Of a DNA stretch of 64,000 nucleotides, positions 18,552 through 28,298 are shown piece after piece; the stretch's first letter is position 1; every line of letters starts with the position of its first letter. The stretch is from an uncultured Gemmatimonadaceae bacterium. Lineage in GTDB: Bacteria; Gemmatimonadota; Gemmatimonadetes; Gemmatimonadales; Gemmatimonadaceae. The stretch is taken from NCBI GenBank assembly GCA_963817955.1, contig CAWFQK010000002.1, positions 288,001-352,000 on the forward strand. Direction: 5' to 3'. The notes below the pieces were generated by a model, which made no database searches, had not been told where the DNA came from, and saw nothing but the letters and a program-made list of their open reading frames with translations. Made by a program: the position numbers and the translations under genes.

Positions 18552-19256
18552 GTGAGCGTCTGCCGGCCGGGTGCGCGACGCTGAACCGCTCCCGGCCGGC
18601 GCTTCCTCAGTGCCGGCACGGACGATCGGCCTGCTGTCGCCAAGACTGGTCGCGGTAAAGTCGCGGAGGTCCGTCAACATCTGGTTCACGCGGCGGCCGG
18701 AGTTCACTACTCCGGTGACGAGCACGAGTTGGTTCTCGCTGAGCCCCCCGGTCTCCAGCAGGAACTGCCCCGACGTGATGACCGCACTCAGCGTCGATCG
18801 CAGATCATGACCGAGCATCGTGAGCAAATGCTGCCTGGTCTGATCGATATCGTGTGTGTAGCGCGAGAACGACTCGACGATCGCTTGATCGATGGCTTCG
18901 TTGAACCGGATCATCTCGTCGAATTCTGCTTCCCCGACAGTCCGCCACTGCCTGGCCCATAGTCGCATCACGCTCGTACGCAGGGCCAGAAACTCGGACA
19001 CCGTTTGCCTGACGGAAGAGCTGCCTTCTTGCCTGACGGAAGAGCTGCCTTCGGTCCGCAGCGATACATGATCCGATGCTGCCCCTGCCTGCGGCCTCTC
19101 CAGGTCGCCCGCGATGCCTTCGAGGGTCGCCTTTGCGTGATCGCGGGGCGCCGAAACATCCGGCAATTCCCCCGCTGGAAGCCCGCGGGCGAGCGTTTCC
19201 CACTCGGCAGCGATCTCTTCGATGTGTTCGCGGATGAAGTGCGAGAGCCTGGGCAT
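18543..19256 (-). pseudogene. Truncated sensor histidine kinase (RsbRD_N-like domain + HisKA, no HATPase)
   Basis: LSHFIREHIEEIAAEWE...EF.ALR.SV.RLW...RFNEAIDQAI.ES...LGHDLRS.L. The ORF ends before any N/G1/F/G2 boxes. Contains an internal 24-bp duplication at 19005-19052. Confidence 0.7.
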
Positions 19257-19389
19257 GAGTGCCGGTGTGTTGGGGGGGACGACGGGAACGCCATCTATTT
19301 CCGCGAATCGCGCGCCGGGTTTCCCGAAATTCCGCAACGCGCCTATGTTCACTCCAACGACACCGAGCGCCGCCACACGGAACCAGGTT

Positions 19390-22068
19390 ATGACAACACT
19401 CACACCGCCAAGCCCTGCTGGTCCTGCGGCTGCCGCGTCCGCTGCCGATTCGAAGCTCGGCAACCTCGCGTACCTCGACGCCGCGGACGTGCTGGCAGCG
19501 CTCCAGACGACGCGCGAAGGCTTGACGGATAGCGAAGTCGAAGCGCGTCGCGCGCGGTACGGCAGGAATGTCGTGGCCCACGAGAAGCCGCCGACCTGGT
19601 ATGCCGCGCTCGCGCATGCGTTCGCCAACCCCTTCAACTTTCTCCTCACCATACTTGCCGTGGTCTCCGGTGTCACCGGAGGCCTCGAAGCGACGACCGT
19701 GATCGGTGTCATGGTGGTGTTCAGTACCGGGCTCCGCTTCGCCCAGGAATTCCGCTCGAGCAAGTCGGCGCAGGCGCTTCGGGCCATGGTGCGCACGAGT
19801 ACGGCAGTCGAACGCGCCGGGGACGAATTTCCCGCGGACAGCACACCGGCCATGCGCCGGCGGGAAGTTCCAATGGACGACCTGGTGCCTGGAGACATCG
19901 TGTACCTGTCCGCCGGCGACATGATGCCGGCGGACGTTCGGCTCATTGCGGCAAAGGACCTTTTCGTGGGTCAGTCGTCGCTCACTGGCGAGGCGATTCC
20001 AGTCGAGAAGCTCGATCGCGCTCAGCGCCCGGATGTCGTTCCGCCCCTCACGGATCTTCCGACGATCTGCTTCATGGGCACGAGCGTCGTGAGCGGCACG
20101 GCGACGGCGGTCGTCGTCGCCACGGGCGGATCCACGAGCTTCGGACGGCTCGCGAAGAGCCTCACCGGACGCCGTGCCGAGACCGCCTTCGACGCGGGCG
20201 TGCGCAAGGTGAGCTGGCTGTTCATTCGGTTCATTGTCGTGATGGTGCCGATCGTGTTTCTGCTCAATGGCCTGAGCAAAGGCAATTGGGTGGAGGCGTT
20301 GCTGTTCGGGCTCGCCGTGGCCGTGGGGCTCACGCCCGAGATGCTGCCGATGATCGTGACGACCAACCTTGCAAAGGGGGCCGTCACGATGGCGCGGCAC
20401 AAGACGGTCGTGAAACGGCTCAATGCCATTCAGAACTTCGGCGCCATGGACGTGCTCTGCACGGACAAGACCGGAACGCTCACGCAGGACAAGGTCGTCC
20501 TCGAGCAGCACGTCAACGTCGTGGGCGAAGAAGACGAGGCCGTGCTGGCGCTCGCTTACCTCAACAGCTTCTATCAGACAGGACTCAAGAACCTGCTCGA
20601 CGTCGCGGTGCTCGACCATGCCGAGCTTCAGACCGAGCTCGCGGTGGACCGCGCCTACGGAAAGGTTGACGAGATCCCCTTCGACTTCACTCGACGGCGC
20701 ATGTCCGTGGTGGTCGATCACGAACACCGTGACCACCAGCTCATCTGCAAGGGAGCCGCGGAAGAGATCCTGGCCATCTGCAAATTCGTGCGCGATGAGG
20801 GCGCGCAGTTGAGTGACACCGAGTGCGTCGTCGAACTGACCGGCGACCGCCGGGACGACGCCAAGGAACTCGTGGCCGATATGAACGAAGACGGGTTTCG
20901 CGTCGTTGCGGTGGCGTACCGCGAATACCCCACGACTCATGGGGCGTACACGATCGCCGACGAGACCGACCTCACCCTGGCGGGCTTCATCGGCTTCCTC
21001 GATCCGCCGAAGGAGTCTGCCGCGCCGGCGCTCAAGGCGCTCGGGGCCCATGGCGTGGCCGTCAAGATTCTCACCGGCGACAACGATCTCGTCACGCGGA
21101 AGATCTGCCGCGACGTCGGCCTCGACGTCGGCCGTATCGTGCTGGGCAGCGAGCTTCAACACCTCGACGACGCGGCCCTGGGCGCTCTGGCGAGCGAGCA
21201 CACCATCTTCGCCAAGCTGACCCCCGATGACAAGACTCGCATCGTCCGCTCCCTGCGGAATCGCGGCCACACGGTGGGATTCATGGGCGACGGCATCAAT
21301 GACGCCGGCGCACTCCGGGAAGCCGACGTCGGCGTGTCCGTCGATTCCGCGGTGGACATCGCCAAGGAATCAGCCGACATCATTCTCCTCGAGAAGAGTC
21401 TGATGGTGCTCGAGGAAGGGATCATCGAGGGACGACGCACGTTCGGCAACACGGTCAAGTACATCAAGATGACCGCCAGCTCGAACTTCGGAAACGTGTT
21501 CAGCGTGCTCGCGGCCAGCGCGTTCCTGCCGTTTCTGCCCATGCTACCGATTCAACTTTTGACGAACAATCTGCTATACGATATCTCGCAAACGTCTATC
21601 CCGTGGGACGACATGGATCCGGAATACCTGTCCGTGCCGCGCCAATGGCGCGCCGACGACATCGGCCGGTTCATGATGTACATTGGTCCCATCAGCTCCA
21701 TCTTCGACATCGCGACGTTCGTGCTGATGTGGTACGTGTTCAGGGCCAACGTTCCCGCCCGGCAATCGCTCTTCCAATCGGGCTGGTTCATCGAGTCGCT
21801 GCTCACGCAGACGTTGATCGTGCACATGATTCGCACGGCGCGCGTTCCATTTCTCCAGAGCCGCGCGGCCACCCCCGTGCTGCTCCTGACGAGCGCCATC
21901 ATGGCGTGCGGTCTCGCACTCCCCTTCTTGCCCCTGGGCCGGAGTCTCGGACTCACTGCCTTGCCGGCGAGCTACTTCGCCTGGCTCGTCGTGATTCTGC
22001 TCACCTACTCGGCGCTGACCCAACTCGTGAAAGGGTGGTACATTCGGCGGTTCAGCACGTGGCTGTGA
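19390..22068 (+). CDS. mgtA: Magnesium-translocating P-type ATPase
   Basis: TGE, PEMLP, DKTGTLT, GDGINDA, YIKMTASSNFGN and FQSGWFIESL.TQTLIVHMIRT. Confidence 0.95.
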   Translation: MTTLTPPSPAGPAAAASAADSKLGNLAYLDAADVLAALQTTREGLTDSEVEARRARYGRNVVAHEKPPTWYAALAHAFANPFNFLLTILAVVSGVTGGLEATTVIGVMVVFSTGLRFAQEFRSSKSAQALRAMVRTSTAVERAGDEFPADSTPAMRRREVPMDDLVPGDIVYLSAGDMMPADVRLIAAKDLFVGQSSLTGEAIPVEKLDRAQRPDVVPPLTDLPTICFMGTSVVSGTATAVVVATGGSTSFGRLAKSLTGRRAETAFDAGVRKVSWLFIRFIVVMVPIVFLLNGLSKGNWVEALLFGLAVAVGLTPEMLPMIVTTNLAKGAVTMARHKTVVKRLNAIQNFGAMDVLCTDKTGTLTQDKVVLEQHVNVVGEEDEAVLALAYLNSFYQTGLKNLLDVAVLDHAELQTELAVDRAYGKVDEIPFDFTRRRMSVVVDHEHRDHQLICKGAAEEILAICKFVRDEGAQLSDTECVVELTGDRRDDAKELVADMNEDGFRVVAVAYREYPTTHGAYTIADETDLTLAGFIGFLDPPKESAAPALKALGAHGVAVKILTGDNDLVTRKICRDVGLDVGRIVLGSELQHLDDAALGALASEHTIFAKLTPDDKTRIVRSLRNRGHTVGFMGDGINDAGALREADVGVSVDSAVDIAKESADIILLEKSLMVLEEGIIEGRRTFGNTVKYIKMTASSNFGNVFSVLAASAFLPFLPMLPIQLLTNNLLYDISQTSIPWDDMDPEYLSVPRQWRADDIGRFMMYIGPISSIFDIATFVLMWYVFRANVPARQSLFQSGWFIESLLTQTLIVHMIRTARVPFLQSRAATPVLLLTSAIMACGLALPFLPLGRSLGLTALPASYFAWLVVILLTYSALTQLVKGWYIRRFSTWL

Positions 22069-22134
22069 CGAGAGGATGACGGCGGACGCGGGGGCCCCTA
22101 TTGGCGTGGGCTCACCGCGGTAGATTGCGAGGCG

Positions 22135-24156
22135 ATGCCTCGCCAGTGGTTGATCCCTCTCGTGATTTCCTCGCTGGCCGCGCCCCCCCTCGCGGCGCAG
22201 CAGCCCGCCCGTCGCGATTCCGTGCGCGCCGACTCCTCCCGCCACACCGCGGCGCTCAAGGCAGTCCAGATCGTCGCCGCGCCCGCGGACCGTGCCGAAC
22301 CGGTGAGCGCGACGCACGTCTCGGAACTCACCATCCGACTGACCCCGGCCCAGAACACCTGGGACCTCCTCCGGCAGACCGCCGGCGTCGAGGTGCACGA
22401 GCAGAGCCAGGGGCCCGGCTTTGCCTCCGACGCCTCGGTGCGCGGCTTCAGCTCGGACCACTCCACCGATCTCGCCCTCTGGGTAGACGGCGTGCCGATC
22501 AACGAGCCGATCAACGGCCACGCCGAGGGCTACAACGACTGGAACGTCATCTTCCCTGGGGGCATTCAGGACATCGACGTAATAAAGGGGCCGACAAGCG
22601 CCCTGTTCGGCAACTTCGCCCTGGCCGGCGTCGTCAACGTGCGCACCCTCGAGCGCATGACGGGCACCGAGCTCACGGCCACCGCCGGCTCGTTCGGCCG
22701 GGCCGACGCAATGCTCATGACCGGCTTCGACCACGGTGCAGTGGGCGGCGGCGTCTTTGGCGTGCACGTGCAACGGGAAGACGGCTGGCGGCCGAACTCC
22801 GCCTACGACCTCGGCCACATGCACGCGCGCGTGGTGCACGACCTCTCGCCGGCCGCGCGCATCGACTTGGCGGTCGAGGGCTACGCCTCAGGCTGGAACT
22901 CGCCGGGATATCTGAGCGAAAATGAATTCGCCGCCCGCGAGTACGACATCGTCTCCAACCCCAGCGATGGCGGCTTCCGCCGCCGCGCCCAGGAGCGGGC
23001 GAGCCTGCGAGCGCTCTCCGGCACCACGCTCTGGCGCACGACGGTCTATTCCACTCACAGCCTCTGGCAGCTCTTCCTCACCATTCCGCCGGCCGGCGGG
23101 CGATTCGAGGGCACCGGCAGCCAGACCGAGGAAGACGACAGTCGGTACGCCTACGGTGTCACCAGCGCGATGACGAGGCTGCTGCCGAATGGGGATTGGA
23201 CGATCGGCGCCGAGGGACGCTTCGACCACAGCCACTACCAGAACTGGTTCACGACCGCGCGGGCGCGTGACTCAGTGGCTGAGCGCCTGTTCGCGGGACA
23301 GCTTGCGGGCGCCCTGTTCGTGCAGGCGCACAGCGACGTCCTCCCGCGCCTTCGCCTCGATGCCGGCGCCCGAGTCGACGCAATTGGCACCCGGAGCTTG
23401 CCGGACAGCACTGGCGCCGTCTGGAACAACGGAAGCCATGCAGTGGTCACGCCAAAACTCGGCGCGCTTCTCCGCCTGACCAGCGAGCTCGGGTTGTTCG
23501 CGAACGGCTCGCGCGGCTTCCGCTCCACCGACGGCGTGATCGCGAATCCCGCGCTGCCGTTCATCACGGAGTGGGCGTACGAGTCCGGGCTCAAGTTCGA
23601 TCGTGGCCCAGCGAACGCGACCGCGACGCTCTTCCGCATGAACGTGAGCAACGAGCAGACATTCAACCCCGTGACACTGCAGTCCACCAACGGCGGCCGG
23701 AGCCGGCGGCAGGGGCTCGAGATCGAGTGGCACACGCCGCTCGCGTCGCGGCTCGCGCTGTCGGGCAACTGGACGTTCCTCGACGCGAGATATACGCAGC
23801 AGACGCTCGCGTCAGAGGACCCGAGCGCGCCGCCGATCGTGCTCAATGGGGTCCGCGTCTACAACACGGCACAGTACGTCGGCGACGTGGCGATGGAATT
23901 CGTTCCGGCGCACGCGTGGCGACTCCGCGTGAGCGGGAACTTCGTGGGCCCGTACTCGCCCTTTGACGAGCCTGGTGTCGTGCTCGCGCCGTACGGATTG
24001 CTGCACGTTGGCGGCTCGGTGATGCTGCGCGGGACGGAGCTCGACTTCGGGATCCGGAACATGCTCGATCGCGCCTATCCGGAGCTCGTGGCGGGCCACA
24101 TCGTCGCGCCGGGGCAGCCCCGCTCGATCTTCCTCAGCGCACGGCACACACTCTGA
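22135..24156 (+). CDS. TonB-dependent receptor
   Basis: Signal peptide, plug motifs (SVRGF, VDGVPIN, IDVIKGP.SALFG.FA..GVVN) and a C-terminal N.LD..Y......PG.PR motif. Confidence 0.9.
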   Translation: MPRQWLIPLVISSLAAPPLAAQQPARRDSVRADSSRHTAALKAVQIVAAPADRAEPVSATHVSELTIRLTPAQNTWDLLRQTAGVEVHEQSQGPGFASDASVRGFSSDHSTDLALWVDGVPINEPINGHAEGYNDWNVIFPGGIQDIDVIKGPTSALFGNFALAGVVNVRTLERMTGTELTATAGSFGRADAMLMTGFDHGAVGGGVFGVHVQREDGWRPNSAYDLGHMHARVVHDLSPAARIDLAVEGYASGWNSPGYLSENEFAAREYDIVSNPSDGGFRRRAQERASLRALSGTTLWRTTVYSTHSLWQLFLTIPPAGGRFEGTGSQTEEDDSRYAYGVTSAMTRLLPNGDWTIGAEGRFDHSHYQNWFTTARARDSVAERLFAGQLAGALFVQAHSDVLPRLRLDAGARVDAIGTRSLPDSTGAVWNNGSHAVVTPKLGALLRLTSELGLFANGSRGFRSTDGVIANPALPFITEWAYESGLKFDRGPANATATLFRMNVSNEQTFNPVTLQSTNGGRSRRQGLEIEWHTPLASRLALSGNWTFLDARYTQQTLASEDPSAPPIVLNGVRVYNTAQYVGDVAMEFVPAHAWRLRVSGNFVGPYSPFDEPGVVLAPYGLLHVGGSVMLRGTELDFGIRNMLDRAYPELVAGHIVAPGQPRSIFLSARHTL

Positions 24157-24202
24157 GGGCGCGCACGCTGGTGGAGGGTGCGGGGATTGGAATTGCCGCC
24201 AG

Positions 24203-24670
24203 CTACCGCGCCAGCCTGAAGTTGGCGTAACTCTTTTCGGCAGTCACCTCGCGAACCAGCACCGATTCTATGAAATCGGGCAACTCGACGTGCTGGTTTA
24301 CGTGCTCGAGCTCCAGCTCGGCAAGCACCAGATCGCGATCAAGGAACTCGTCAACTTCCCAAACGCCGTCGGCCACCGGCATCAGGTAGCGCCGCTTGCG
24401 GACGCGTTTGCCGAGCGTGAGCGGCCAGACGGTGTCGAAGAACACGCGCGTCGTCTCTTCCTCGATCTCGATGCGCTCGAGGCCCGCCCCCATCTTGATC
24501 GTGCGGTAGTATCGAACGGCGCTCCCCTCCACCGTCCGCCTGATGCGCTCGCGAATGCGCGTTCCCGGCAGATAGCCCTGGTCCACCTCGAGCCGGCGCG
24601 CGCCCACGACGGCGGCCGGCAGGCCGGACAACAGATACTTGCGCTCGATCTCGCGGTCGTTGTGAGCCAC
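24203..24670 (-). CDS. CYTH-domain (adenylate cyclase/triphosphatase-like) protein
   Basis: EIERKYL, QGYL, R.E.E, K.RY, WEVDEF and LAELE. Confidence 0.9.
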   Translation of the reverse strand: MAHNDREIERKYLLSGLPAAVVGARRLEVDQGYLPGTRIRERIRRTVEGSAVRYYRTIKMGAGLERIEIEEETTRVFFDTVWPLTLGKRVRKRRYLMPVADGVWEVDEFLDRDLVLAELELEHVNQHVELPDFIESVLVREVTAEKSYANFRLAR

Positions 24671-24749
24671 AGCGGATACTACGCCACTGTCCGAACGGAC
24701 TCAACGGGCTGAACGTCCGGCACTCCCCTTGCCACCGAAGTGTCCGCCC

Positions 24750-25637
24750 ATGCCCACCCACGTGATTCAATACACCGAAGCACGGTACGCCGCGGCGCTC
24801 GATGCCCTGCACGTGCGTTTCGACAGCCTCGAGCGCAAATCCGGCGCGCGCGCGCTGTCCGTGGCCGTATACGACACCGAGACGTGCGCCTGCTTTCGCC
24901 GGCACGCCGACCGCTGGTTCCACGCGGCCAGCACGATCAAAGTGGCCATTCTGCTCGGCGTCTACGCGTCCATTCACCACGGCTGGCTGCTGCCCCATTC
25001 GCGGCTGCACGTACGCAACCGGTTTCTCAGCGCTGCGGACGGGCGGCCATTCCGCGTCCTGGCGGATCGCGACGCGAACGCGGCCGTGCACGATGCTGTT
25101 GGCAAGATGCTACGAATTTCCGATCTGGCGCTGCACATGATCACGACGAGCAGCAATCTGGCAACGAACCTGTTGCTGGATCTCATCGGATTGGATTCGG
25201 TCCAGCGCGGTCTCGACGAACTGCACGTGGACGGGATCGACATTCGGCGCGGCGTGGAGGACGAACGCGCCTTCGAGCAGGGCATCAACAACCGAGTCAC
25301 CGCCGACGGACTGGTGCAGCTGCTACGGCTCATCGCGGAGGAGCGCGCGTTCTCTCCGGATCTGTCGCGCGAGATGCTCGACATCTTGCATCGCCAGGAG
25401 TTTCGCAACGGCATTCCGGCCCGGTTGCCGCCAGCCGTGCGCGTGGCTCACAAAACAGGCGATATCTCGACGGTCGCCCACGATGCCGGTGTCGTGTATC
25501 CACCCGGACGCAAACCCTACGTCATCGCGATCCTCACTGAATGGTCGCCCGATGCGGCTGGACGTTCGGCGACGATCGCCGAGGTCTCGCACGCAGTGTA
25601 TGAAGCGCTCACGGCGACGGCGGCGACTGATGGGTGA
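24750..25637 (+). CDS. Serine hydrolase, class A beta-lactamase-like fold, no signal peptide
   Basis: F.AASTIK (SxxK), MI..SSN.ATN (SxN) and VAHKTG.....HDAG.V. Confidence 0.88.
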   Translation: MPTHVIQYTEARYAAALDALHVRFDSLERKSGARALSVAVYDTETCACFRRHADRWFHAASTIKVAILLGVYASIHHGWLLPHSRLHVRNRFLSAADGRPFRVLADRDANAAVHDAVGKMLRISDLALHMITTSSNLATNLLLDLIGLDSVQRGLDELHVDGIDIRRGVEDERAFEQGINNRVTADGLVQLLRLIAEERAFSPDLSREMLDILHRQEFRNGIPARLPPAVRVAHKTGDISTVAHDAGVVYPPGRKPYVIAILTEWSPDAAGRSATIAEVSHAVYEALTATAATDG

Positions 25638-26262
25638 ATCCTACCGGTTTCCGCTGCGTCTCATCGATGGACTGCGGCTCGAGAAGCCGCTGCGCGACGC
25701 ACTGCTCCCCGGTCGTGTGGTCCACGACGATAATGGAAATCCGCGCCAGCTCCCGCGCTACTTCTACGAGGTGCCGTCCTGGGAGCATGCCATGGCCACG
25801 CAGCTCGCTCCCAGCTTCTCGCTCTGGGAATTCATCCAGACAGATGTACGTGAGGCAGCGCCGCTTCGGGCGTTTCCGCGATATGTGCCCTGTGCCATCA
25901 CGCTGCTCGCCCTGTCGCTGGAACGCTTTCGCGAGTCCGTGGGCACGTTCGTACACATTGCGGCGAACGGCGGCTACCGTTCACCGCAGCATGCGCAAAG
26001 CATCAACGCGTCGACGCATTGCTGGGGCACGGCGGTAAACATTTACCGGATCGGCGACGTGTTCCTCGACGATCGTGAGGCCATCGAGCGCTACGCCGCA
26101 CTCGCACGCCAGGCATTGCCGGGAGTGTGGACACGGCCGTACGGCACGAGCCGCGGCGAAACGGACGATCATCTGCATCTCGACTTCGGCTACGTGCTGT
26201 CGCTGCCGCACGATGCGCCGAACCAGATGCTCACGGTCGACGCCGAGTGGCGGGCATCATGA
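25630..26262 (+). CDS. Peptidase M15 (LAS fold)-like protein
   Basis: F.L.EF, GGYRSP.H, STHCWGTAVNI and HLHLD. Confidence 0.65.
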   Translation: MGESYRFPLRLIDGLRLEKPLRDALLPGRVVHDDNGNPRQLPRYFYEVPSWEHAMATQLAPSFSLWEFIQTDVREAAPLRAFPRYVPCAITLLALSLERFRESVGTFVHIAANGGYRSPQHAQSINASTHCWGTAVNIYRIGDVFLDDREAIERYAALARQALPGVWTRPYGTSRGETDDHLHLDFGYVLSLPHDAPNQMLTVDAEWRAS

Positions 26263-27542
26263 CCACCATGCACCACGCCGCCAAAGCGAAATCGGACGAC
26301 GCGCGCGTGCGCCGCTCGACCACCGCGCGTGCCGCCATGGGGCTCGAGGCGGAATTCGCCGTCATGATGGACGGACGCCAGGTGAGGCCGGAAGACATCT
26401 TTGGCAGTCCCACGAACATCGTGCGTGTGCCGATGATGCATCGCACCGGTCGGTCGTATCATTTGCCGACCGGGGGAGCCGTGTACTTCGATACAGGCGT
26501 GATCGAGATCGCCACGCCGGTCATCGAGTTGGAATCGGGCTGCGCGGCACGCGCCGGCCGTTCGCTGTGGGAGAGCATTCGCTTCTTGCGCGACGAGCTC
26601 GACGCATGGGAGCAACGAGAGCTCCACAGCATCCACCTGGCCGGCTTCAGTACGCACTACAATGTTTCATTCGAGTTACCGGAGTCGGAGCGCGGCACAA
26701 GCCGAACCGTAGAGAAGCTGGCACTCCTGCTGACGCACATTCTGCCGATGCCCGTCATGCTGCTCGCCGCTAATCGCCGGTCCACGGGCATTGGGGTACG
26801 GCCGCGCGTGAATCGCATCGAGGTGACCGCCGACTTCACTCCCGACGCCGCGCTGATGATCGCCACGGCGACGCTCATCGTTGGCGTCGCTCGTGCCGTG
26901 ATGACATGGCCGTCGTTCGAGCTGAGCGGGCTCGACGAACATGATCTTCCGCTCGTGCGCGACTTTGCGCCGCTGCCGCACGGCTCGCGCACTGGCTGGG
27001 TGGCAAAGGACTCGTCGTTCCTCGAGAATCCGTTCGCCGCGGACGTGGACGAATCCATCTGGCCGACGCGTACGGGCGAGACGTTGACGCTGCGCGACAT
27101 CGCCGCACGCATCACCCGCTACTTCTGGTCGTCGATCACGAACATTGGCGACGCCCGCACCCTGCAACTCATCGCCGGCGTCATGAGCGGTCGTTCGCCG
27201 TCGCTGCTCGAGTTGGACGATCGCCCCCCGGCGTACGAGAGCGTGGGACGTCTGTGCACCTGGACCGATCTCTTCCCCGTGCACGCCCTGCCCCGCTCGC
27301 GCTACGAGCGCGTGTTCATCCGCGCCATCTCCCGTCGCAAGCTGCGTATCGGCCAGGACTGGTACACGCCCATCAGCATGCGCGGCTGGGCGCACGTGGT
27401 CTTCCGCCGCGATCGCGACCAAACGCGGCACGTCTTCTCACTCGACGCGCTGCTCGGCCATCTGGATGACTGGGATCTCGGGCCGGCAACCGAACGGAAG
27501 ATCAGGACGAGGCTACGGAGGGTAGTAGAGCAGCACCGGTAG
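26259..27542 (+). CDS. PafA/Dop-like carboxylate-amine ligase superfamily protein
   Basis: MGLEAEF, TGGAVYFDTG..EIATP and GFSTHYNVS resemble the PafA/Dop GhExE, NG.R.Y.D...PEY and G.H.NY motifs. Confidence 0.6.
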   Translation: MTTMHHAAKAKSDDARVRRSTTARAAMGLEAEFAVMMDGRQVRPEDIFGSPTNIVRVPMMHRTGRSYHLPTGGAVYFDTGVIEIATPVIELESGCAARAGRSLWESIRFLRDELDAWEQRELHSIHLAGFSTHYNVSFELPESERGTSRTVEKLALLLTHILPMPVMLLAANRRSTGIGVRPRVNRIEVTADFTPDAALMIATATLIVGVARAVMTWPSFELSGLDEHDLPLVRDFAPLPHGSRTGWVAKDSSFLENPFAADVDESIWPTRTGETLTLRDIAARITRYFWSSITNIGDARTLQLIAGVMSGRSPSLLELDDRPPAYESVGRLCTWTDLFPVHALPRSRYERVFIRAISRRKLRIGQDWYTPISMRGWAHVVFRRDRDQTRHVFSLDALLGHLDDWDLGPATERKIRTRLRRVVEQHR

Positions 27543-27564
27543 TGCTACGGGACACGGGATGCCT

Positions 27565-27680
27565 GTCATCCTGAGCGGGGCGAAGGATCTCGGTGAACGG
27601 CGCAACAGCTCTTGAACGCAGAGGGCGCAGAGAACTGCAAAAGAGAACTGCAAAAGAGAACTGCAAAAGAGACGCTAGAG
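27565..27680 (+). repeat. Left arm of a ~115-bp inverted repeat (REP-like GTCATCCTGAGCGGGGCGAAGGATCT plus (AGAGAACTGCAAA)3)
   Basis: Reverse complement of 28125-28239 with few mismatches. Confidence 0.92.
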
Positions 27681-28052
27681 GCGATTCGCCACGCGGATGA
27701 TCCCATCTTTCAACTGCGCAACCTGGAAGTTGATCAACAGGCCAACCTGCCGATTGCTCAGTTTGAGTTGGGACAGCAGTTGGGCTTTGTGGACCGGCAG
27801 AATCTTCGCGGCCGCCTTGACCTCGACAATGACACATTCCTCGACCAGCAGATCTATCCGATAGGCCAGGTCGAGCTCGACACCCTCGTACACGAGGGGC
27901 ATCGGAACCTCGCTGCGCACGCTCAGCCCGCGTTTCCGCAGCTCGTGCGCGAGGCAGACGTGGTACGCGCGCTCCAGCAATCCAGGACCCAATGCGGAAT
28001 GAACCTTGATTGCCGAGTCCACAATCATTCCGCTCACCTCGTTGATGATCAC
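27675..28052 (-). CDS. GxxExxY protein (PD-(D/E)xK nuclease superfamily)
   Basis: VHSALGPGLLERAY, RIDLLVE..VIVEVK, AQLLS.LK and GLLINF. Confidence 0.92.
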   Translation of the reverse strand: MIINEVSGMIVDSAIKVHSALGPGLLERAYHVCLAHELRKRGLSVRSEVPMPLVYEGVELDLAYRIDLLVEECVIVEVKAAAKILPVHKAQLLSQLKLSNRQVGLLINFQVAQLKDGIIRVANRL

Positions 28053-28124
28053 GACATAGGCGATACCATCCGAGCGTCACGTGGGCGTCATCCAAGGCTT
28101 CCAGGCGAGACGATACTTCATGGT

Positions 28125-28239
28125 CCTCTGCGTTTCTCTTTGCAGTCTCTTTGCAGTTCTCTTTTGCAGTTCTCTGCGTCCTCTGCGTTCAAAAGCTGTT
28201 GCGCCGTTCACAGAGATCCTTCGCTCCGCTCAGGATGAC
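28125..28239 (-). repeat. Right arm of the ~115-bp inverted repeat
   Basis: Mirror of 27565-27680; followed by a run of (CGTGTCC) heptamers at 28258-28284. Confidence 0.92.
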
Positions 28240-28298
28240 GGGCGCTTCGCTCAGAATGTCCCGTGTCCCGTGTCCCGTGTCCCGCCTCCCCCAATACC

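Noticed and set aside
18805..21270. Long antisense ORFs (821 aa opposite mgtA; similarly 32559-35060, 41345-43069 and 42975-44309)
   Set aside because: These are shadow ORFs expected from high-GC codon bias opposite well-supported genes, and they carry no motifs.
24750..25637. Bona fide antibiotic-resistance beta-lactamase
   Set aside because: No signal peptide, SSN instead of SDN, and operon context point to a different serine hydrolase function.
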